A DNA stretch of 64,000 nt from a virus. Below the pieces are notes generated by a model. That model ran no database searches. It was not told where the DNA came from and saw only the letters and a program-made list of their open reading frames with translations. Position numbers and translations under genes: made by a program. The stretch lies in the IMG/VR virus record IMGVR_UViG_3300018876_000008, positions 64,001-128,000 of that record; one strand, written 5' to 3'. Shown piece after piece: positions 58,286 through 64,000 of the stretch. Every line of letters starts with the position of its first letter. Position 1 is the stretch's first letter.

Positions 58286-58357
58286 ATGTGAAAAAGATAG
58301 GGTTCTTTTTTAAAGTTACATAGTTCCAACGCGTATTGTGTAACTCCCTATCTATAG

Positions 58358-58443
58358 TACCCGGAGACGGGCTCGAACCGTCACGGACCGTTCGGTCCAA
58401 CAGATTTTAAGTCTGTCGTGTCTACCAATTCCACCATCCGGGC
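58358..58443 (-). tRNA. tRNA-Leu(UAA)
   Basis: Anticodon loop CTTAAAA; long variable arm. Confidence 0.95.
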
Positions 58444-58549
58444 ATGTGGTACTAATTTATAATTTCAAATAACGTTTTTGTCTTTCAACAATGTAAATGT
58501 ACGATACAAAAGATTAAGTAACAACTATTTTTTTAAAATAATTTAATTG

Positions 58550-58623
58550 TAGGGATGGAGGGACTTGAACCCCCGACCTTGACTATATAAGAGTCCTGCT
58601 CTAACCAACTGAGCTACATCCCC
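58550..58623 (-). tRNA. tRNA-Ile(UAU)
   Basis: Anticodon loop CTTATAT; A73. Confidence 0.88.
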
Positions 58624-58676
58624 ATGTTGAAAACACCTATATTTTATGTAGAGGTGCAAAACTCGATTTGTATTGG

Positions 58677-58752
58677 TGGTGACCCCTCAGGGGTTCGAAC
58701 CCTGGACCCTCACATTAAAAGTGTGATGCTCTACCAGCTGAGCTAAGAGGTC
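58677..58752 (-). tRNA. tRNA-Lys(UUU), encoded CCA
   Basis: Anticodon loop CTTTTAA; ends ACCA. Confidence 0.95.
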
Positions 58753-58786
58753 AATTTACCGAATACTGTGTCGTTACTTAATCCCG

Positions 58787-58798
58787 ATGTCAAAGAAC
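58787..58798 (-). promoter_or_regulatory. boxA-like antitermination site GTTCTTTGACAT
   Basis: Identical 12-mer at 57562-57573; related GTTCTTTGAAAA at 9075. Confidence 0.55.
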
Positions 58799-59036
58799 AC
58801 TACTAATATAAAATAAGAAACCCAAACATTTCTGTTCGGGTCTCTTCTTCTTCATAGCTTTAAGTCTATTTTTATTATATCATGTTTACCGAACTTTTAC
58901 ATAATATTATAGAACCTTATTATTGATAAGCTTCTTAATATTGATATGTATGTTTTCGATTTGTACATTTTAAAATAGTCTTTTAATTGTCTGTTTGTAT
59001 ACTACAAATATACTCCATTTATTTCTATTGTCAAAT

Positions 59037-59417
59037 TTATTTTGAGATATTTCTTCTTCTAAACCAAATTTTTGCACCAAATACTACTAATGTAATAAAC
59101 ACAAGACCGATAAGGAGGAAGAAACCACGATATGAATCTGTAGGTGAAAGTTCGTAAGTTAGTAAAGTCCATCCTGAAATGTAACCAAACCACAAAGTGA
59201 CCCAAATAAAATCAGGAATTCTCTTAGTTTTTTTCTCAATCTTTAAAACTCTTTCATCATGTACTACACGACTAAGTGCGTCCTGTAAATCTTTACCATA
59301 TGCGGGTACGGTCTCAAATGTACCGTCTATATTTTGAATAGTAACTTCATACTTCAACCATCCTTCAAAAGTTTCACTTTCCTTTCTAAGTTCAACTTGA
59401 ACCGCCTTTCTTTTCAT
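59037..59417 (-). CDS. Membrane protein
   Basis: PAYGKDLQDALSR plus two TM helices. Confidence 0.6.
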   Translation of the reverse strand: MKRKAVQVELRKESETFEGWLKYEVTIQNIDGTFETVPAYGKDLQDALSRVVHDERVLKIEKKTKRIPDFIWVTLWFGYISGWTLLTYELSPTDSYRGFFLLIGLVFITLVVFGAKIWFRRRNISK

Positions 59418-59557
59418 AATATTATATTTTTTACTTTAACTTAATCTAAAACCTATAAACCATAAATCAACTCTAAAAAATTTATTTCCTTTATTTAATC
59501 CAAAACCAATACGTAACATACGATTTTGTTTATCTAAAATTATTTTAGTTAGTTTCA

Positions 59558-60172
59558 TTAATTTATGATTCTACCATCTTGAGTATAAATTTCTACCGTT
59601 GCTGCTTTACCCATATTATCCATCCATTCATGAATTTCTAAGAGTTGGTCTTTGAAGAAAATTCTAGAAACAAAATCCCATTCACCGTCAGGTGTGTCAA
59701 TAGAACCTCCCATAACCGAGAAATCCTGTGCAACCGGAATTTGTTCTGATTCAAACATCATTTCGTAAATCCCTCCTTTTTGTTCATCAATAATGAGTAA
59801 AACATGTTCGACACCATCGTCACGATAATGAGGAGATGCTAGAAAAGATTGGTACGGGTACATCTCGTCTACATCTCCAACATTCTCATATTCATCACCT
59901 AAGTCTTTTTCCTCAAATTCGGCAACTACATTATCATTTTCATCTATAACTTTAAAAAAAAGTCTACCGTTATAAAATGGTGCGGACATTTGGAACATAT
60001 CGGGGTCCCACATATCATCTATAATATCATCCTCCATAAGGTGCCTAACTTCCCATAGTTCGTCACTATTATTATCTCTCATAAGGATATCCACCTTTTC
60101 TAATTGTTCATCATTTAAAGAATGTGCCACGGATTCCATAGACCATCCATAAACTTCCAACTTGTACTTCAT
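59558..60172 (-). CDS. Acidic hypothetical protein
   Basis: 204 aa ORF. Confidence 0.65.
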   Translation of the reverse strand: MKYKLEVYGWSMESVAHSLNDEQLEKVDILMRDNNSDELWEVRHLMEDDIIDDMWDPDMFQMSAPFYNGRLFFKVIDENDNVVAEFEEKDLGDEYENVGDVDEMYPYQSFLASPHYRDDGVEHVLLIIDEQKGGIYEMMFESEQIPVAQDFSVMGGSIDTPDGEWDFVSRIFFKDQLLEIHEWMDNMGKAATVEIYTQDGRIIN

Positions 60173-60184
60173 TTTGATTTACTG

Positions 60185-60877
60185 TTAATTTAAAAATTTA
60201 ATTTGATTTGTATTTGGGTCCCAATCCACTGTTAAGGGTTTGTTTTTAAAAATATAATCTTCACCCAATACTGAAGCGTTAATGTAATGGGTTCCATTAT
60301 CGAACTTATAACCGTATCCGCTATGAATATGGCCAAAAACGTGTATCTTAGGTTTAACGACCTTTAAACGTTCTGCCAATAGTTCACAACCAAGATTATC
60401 ATATCGACCTACTACAGTATCTAAACATCCTTTAGGGGGTCCATGAGTGATAAGAATATCAATATCATTAGGTATGATACTCCATTTATGTTTTAATTCT
60501 TCACTGTTACGTGGTAGATTAAAAGCCCAATTGTAGAACTCAGGTTGCCATGGAGTTCCCCATACTTTTACTGATGACTGATAATCGTCCCCAATAATTT
60601 GTAAGTCATCTTCAAGATAACTTACATTAAGGTAATTAGAAACAATTTCTTTAGCCAATTTAGGGTTATCCTCAAACATAAGGTCATGATTACCTGCAAT
60701 AACAATTTTATTTGTGTAATTCTCTAAATCATTAAACCAATCCATAAAACCATCAACCTCATGTTCATAACCTCGTGAAGTAAAATCACCCGCATGGATT
60801 AGTAAATCACCACCTGGTAATTGAGATGTCACTTGACGATGTTTCGTGTGTGTATCGGATATGAATGTGATTTTCAT
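60185..60877 (-). CDS. Calcineurin-like metallophosphoesterase
   Basis: SDTH, HAGD, AGNHD, THGPP, FGHIH. Confidence 0.92.
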   Translation of the reverse strand: MKITFISDTHTKHRQVTSQLPGGDLLIHAGDFTSRGYEHEVDGFMDWFNDLENYTNKIVIAGNHDLMFEDNPKLAKEIVSNYLNVSYLEDDLQIIGDDYQSSVKVWGTPWQPEFYNWAFNLPRNSEELKHKWSIIPNDIDILITHGPPKGCLDTVVGRYDNLGCELLAERLKVVKPKIHVFGHIHSGYGYKFDNGTHYINASVLGEDYIFKNKPLTVDWDPNTNQIKFLN

Positions 60878-60914
60878 TTTATTTCTTTTGGCTAATATAA
60901 ACATAGAATTTTAA

Positions 60915-61514
60915 TTAATAAAACTTTTCTTTTAATTTTTGTTTTTTCACCATAGATTTTAAAAGGTTAACATAATTATCCGCTTCAGCATATGATTTAT
61001 CTAAGTATATATAATATTCTTCTTCAGTTTTTATTGTGGAAAGATACCTACATTGATAAAAGGCGTAGTCGTAGACAGATTCTCTCCAGTGAACATAAAA
61101 TGCGTGATTATATTGTGTTCCTTTTGATGTGTGTACTCTAACTTTAGCTTCTTTCATACCGAATAGATTGTGGTTCTCTAAAAAGATTTTAGACTTATAG
61201 TGTCCACTCTCCAACTGAGCTTGGGCTAAAACAATATGAGGAAATTTAACGTTTAGGGATTTTAATAATAAAATTAATTTTTCTTCAGAAAAATCATTTA
61301 GAGTGTCTTTAACATTAAGGACAACAATATCAGATTCTATATTATCTAAATTGTTTAAGTTGGTAGGTGTACTACATTTATTATTAGTTAAAAAATATAC
61401 AGATAACAAGAATAATATACTTAATATTGGTATTAAAAATTTAAATGTATTAATTTTTTTGAATTGTAATGTTTTACTACAATAATAGTATAATTCTTTT
61501 TTATTTAATTTCAT
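60915..61514 (-). CDS. Membrane-anchored glucosaminidase (GH73-like)
   Basis: AQAQLESG..S.....HNLFGMK...YAE..NY. Confidence 0.8.
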   Translation of the reverse strand: MKLNKKELYYYCSKTLQFKKINTFKFLIPILSILFLLSVYFLTNNKCSTPTNLNNLDNIESDIVVLNVKDTLNDFSEEKLILLLKSLNVKFPHIVLAQAQLESGHYKSKIFLENHNLFGMKEAKVRVHTSKGTQYNHAFYVHWRESVYDYAFYQCRYLSTIKTEEEYYIYLDKSYAEADNYVNLLKSMVKKQKLKEKFY

Positions 61515-61580
61515 ATTTTTAGCTCATTAATTTTAAAAATAAGGCCCATTTAAATTAATAAATGAGCCGTAATGTTTAAT

Positions 61581-61973
61581 TTAAAGACCCATTTCTTTAC
61601 GAATCTTAGTTGCCGAGATATCTCCGATATCAGAAGGTGGGGTATGTTCAATAATATCATATCCAACACCTCTTCCAAACTCTATTGAACAAATATCAGG
61701 TATAATTGTTACTGCTATTTTACCTGACTCAACTTCAGTTTCATAATGGTTGATAATATTCTCCTTAACTTCTGAAGCGGTAAACGGATTCTTTTCATTG
61801 GGTTTACCGTCCCTAATACAAATTAAGACATTCTTACCTTTATCCAAAGCTTGTTTGAATAACTCTTGATGGCCTTTGTGTAAAGGTTGCCATCGACCTA
61901 CAAACATCGCGTACTGACCTTCTCTAGCCGGCATCGATGACTCTACATGAAATTTACTATTCCATTCACTCAT
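61581..61973 (-). CDS. Nucleotidyltransferase (HxGH cytidylyltransferase-like)
   Basis: FVGRWQPLHKGH, NPF, ISATKIR. Confidence 0.8.
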   Translation of the reverse strand: MSEWNSKFHVESSMPAREGQYAMFVGRWQPLHKGHQELFKQALDKGKNVLICIRDGKPNEKNPFTASEVKENIINHYETEVESGKIAVTIIPDICSIEFGRGVGYDIIEHTPPSDIGDISATKIRKEMGL

Positions 61974-61982
61974 AATTTATAA

Positions 61983-62354
61983 TTAAAAATATTTAGACCA
62001 ATCGATACTTTTAAAACCCTCGTCCCTATTAAGGTTTACTCCAAAAGCTCTTTGACCTGGTTTATTAGGGTCCATATCATTTATTAATATTCTAGGACCT
62101 CTCTCGATTCCTGTGATTAGACGGTCATATACAATTCCATTTTCTTTTAGTTCTTTAACCGTATGGTCATGGAGATAATCAGGTCTTGCAGTTGTTAATA
62201 TAACCATATGACCTTCTTTACTCCATAACTCTAACCTTTCTTTAACCTCAGGTAAGACCTCAACAGATGAGGTTTCATACGTTTCAAACTTTCTATATTT
62301 AAATAGTGTACCGTCAATATCACAGAATATTGTTGATTTTTTTTCTACCATCAA
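61983..62354 (-). CDS. HAD-superfamily phosphatase-like protein
   Basis: FCDIDGTL, LTTAR, LIND. Confidence 0.75.
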   Translation of the reverse strand: MMVEKKSTIFCDIDGTLFKYRKFETYETSSVEVLPEVKERLELWSKEGHMVILTTARPDYLHDHTVKELKENGIVYDRLITGIERGPRILINDMDPNKPGQRAFGVNLNRDEGFKSIDWSKYF

Positions 62355-62791
62355 GATAAATTTAACTGTTTTACTAATTTATCGATTGACTCCTCCGGTG
62401 TGTCAATTGTGGTATCAATATCAATAAAGTTTTCTTTAGGTGCAACATACGCTTCTGACCTAAAATGGTCTCTTTCTCTTGGTTCAGAGGTATGGACGTA
62501 TACTTCAACTAAATCTTCCCCTAATAATTTTTTAAATTCTTCTCTTTGGTCCACGTAAGGTGAAACTAAAGATACTATTACATCTTTTCCTTGGTTGTGT
62601 AAATAATGTGATATTTTTTGAGCTGCATCTACATTAGTTACTCTACCTTTAATTGAATAGTCTTTATTGGTAAATAATTCTCTCATTTCATCACCATCAA
62701 TTCTAAACGCTTTTGGGAGAAATCTTTCTTTAAACATATTAGCCAACACGGTCTTACCGTGAGAAGGCTGTCCTGTAAACCAATATACCAT
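62351..62791 (-). CDS. cysC: Adenylylsulfate kinase-like protein
   Basis: WFTGQPSHGKT, IDGDEMR, DYS..GR..N, SLVSPY...R. Confidence 0.75.
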   Translation of the reverse strand: MVYWFTGQPSHGKTVLANMFKERFLPKAFRIDGDEMRELFTNKDYSIKGRVTNVDAAQKISHYLHNQGKDVIVSLVSPYVDQREEFKKLLGEDLVEVYVHTSEPRERDHFRSEAYVAPKENFIDIDTTIDTPEESIDKLVKQLNLS

Positions 62792-62793
62792 TA

Positions 62794-63222
62794 CTATCCG
62801 ATTTCTACTAATTCGATATTAAAGTTTAGTGACTTACCAGCTAAAGGGTGGTTCATATCTAAAATAAGGTTTTCCTCATCTTCACCAATAATAGTTGCTT
62901 GAATTGGCATACCTTGTTCGGTTTGTCCTTGAACCATTCCTCCGATTTCAACTTTAAAATCTTCAGGAAAGTTTTTACGACTTACCGGCATAACCGCCTC
63001 TTCTTTTCTCTCCCCATAAGCTTGAGTTGAGTCAAGAGTAATATCTTTTACTTCACCAACAGTCATACCTTCTACCGCCGAGTCAAAACCTGGAATCATT
63101 TGACCTGTTCCTACTGTGAAATTTAATGTTTCACCTCTTTTACGTGAACTGTCAAATTCTTGACCATCTTCTAAAGTTCCTGTATAATGAACTTTTACAT
63201 TATTTCCTTTTTCTACTTTCAT
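62794..63222 (-). CDS. FKBP-type peptidyl-prolyl isomerase (SlyD-like)
   Basis: VHYTGTLEDG..FDSS, QMIPGF, AYG, DMNHPLAGK. Confidence 0.93.
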   Translation of the reverse strand: MKVEKGNNVKVHYTGTLEDGQEFDSSRKRGETLNFTVGTGQMIPGFDSAVEGMTVGEVKDITLDSTQAYGERKEEAVMPVSRKNFPEDFKVEIGGMVQGQTEQGMPIQATIIGEDEENLILDMNHPLAGKSLNFNIELVEIG

Positions 63223-63240
63223 TTTTTTTTGTTATTTAAT

Positions 63241-63642
63241 TTATTTAATGTACTTATTTTTAACCCTTTGTGAAATTGGGATAGGGTCCCCAGATTCGTC
63301 AATCCTAACAAATGTTATGTTAGTTGATAATATAATAGTTTGATTACCTGAATAAACATTATGTGAACGTGCCTCCATGTAAATAGTTAATGACGTACTT
63401 CCAATACTTTCAACCTCACCATAAATTTTGATTAGTTGACCTTCTTTAGCGGGTTTTTTAAAGGTACATTCATCTATTTTTAATGTCACCATTCTTGGTG
63501 TGTCTGCAACTTGCATAGCAAATGCTGCCGCACTTGCATCTAACCACGCCAATAGTTTACCACCGAACAAATTTCCGTGAAATCCTAAATCACTTTTCTT
63601 TATTGGATGAGTATTTAAAAGTTCCATTGGTTTTAACTCCAT
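63241..63642 (-). CDS. Acyl-CoA thioesterase (hotdog fold)
   Basis: HGNLFGGKLLAWLD...FVRIDE.G.P. Confidence 0.88.
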   Translation of the reverse strand: MELKPMELLNTHPIKKSDLGFHGNLFGGKLLAWLDASAAAFAMQVADTPRMVTLKIDECTFKKPAKEGQLIKIYGEVESIGSTSLTIYMEARSHNVYSGNQTIILSTNITFVRIDESGDPIPISQRVKNKYIK

Positions 63643-63646
63643 ATTA

Positions 63647-64000
63647 TTATTCTATTATTTTAAAATGTCCCCAGTCTTGTCCCGAAACATTTGTATTAGG
63701 AAAGTAGAACATTATTTCATTATTGTCAAATTTTATTTTCTTTTTAAACCCTGAGGGTATAGTTGCCCCTCCTATAACTTTCTGTAAGTCACCATCAAAA
63801 CAAACTGTAATCTCTACAATGACATCTTCAAAAACTTTAGCGAGACCCACTTCAAAACGTTCTAATTCTTTCCACGGACCCCTATTAAGTCCTTCGTGTT
63901 GTAAAACACAATTTAAATAGGTAAATGTCTTTTTCAATGTTTCCCTATCACAATTAAATGCGGAAGCAGGGGCTAAATGACCTTTATCCCATACATTATC
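63647..64000 (-). CDS. DNA/RNA non-specific endonuclease (NucA/EndoG-like), 5' end outside window
   Basis: Frame extends to window end: DKGHLAPA...TF.YLN..LQ...LNRGPWKELE. Confidence 0.88.
   Translation of the reverse strand, partial: DNVWDKGHLAPASAFNCDRETLKKTFTYLNCVLQHEGLNRGPWKELERFEVGLAKVFEDVIVEITVCFDGDLQKVIGGATIPSGFKKKIKFDNNEIMFYFPNTNVSGQDWGHFKIIE

Noticed and set aside
1-64000. Stop-codon reassignment as in some Bacteroidota megaphages
   Set aside because: Conserved genes are full length in code 11, TAG and TGA end genes sensibly, and no suppressor tRNA was identified.

Overview
AT-rich, densely coded 64 kb segment that reads as part of a large (jumbo-type) bacteriophage genome, probably infecting a Bacteroidota (Flavobacteria-like) host. 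Host evidence: TTTG-N20-TAnnTTTG promoters, T9SS type-B C-terminal domains and a Bacteroidota-like ClpP. No capsid, terminase or polymerase gene is recognisable here, so the phage call rests on gene content and organisation. Recognisable genes include thyA, DHFR, a DNA methyltransferase, a DenV-like glycosylase, several peptidoglycan enzymes, sugar-nucleotide and sulfation enzymes (RmlC, RmlD, GT11, APS kinase), MgsA, ClpP and an FKBP PPIase, plus a minus-strand cluster of 8 tRNAs. Main unexplained structure: (1) an ~860 nt highly structured GOLLD/ROOL-like ncRNA with its own promoter, boxA-like site and terminator; (2) a phage-specific ATATTTAT promoter-like motif at fixed distances from starts, whose genes often encode unrelated proteins sharing an N-terminal I/L-T-E-x-Q/E-L leader (candidate capsid-loading/processing signal); (3) two ORF-poor control regions (25.9-27.7 kb, 41.4-42.2 kb) with DnaA-like boxes, MraZ-like boxes, G/C tracts and GAA mini-hairpins; (4) a 117 nt tRNA-like RNA with a greatly extended anticodon arm; (5) an unannotated metallothionein-like peptide and a VapA-like protein. 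All family calls are from motif recognition by eye, not database searches.
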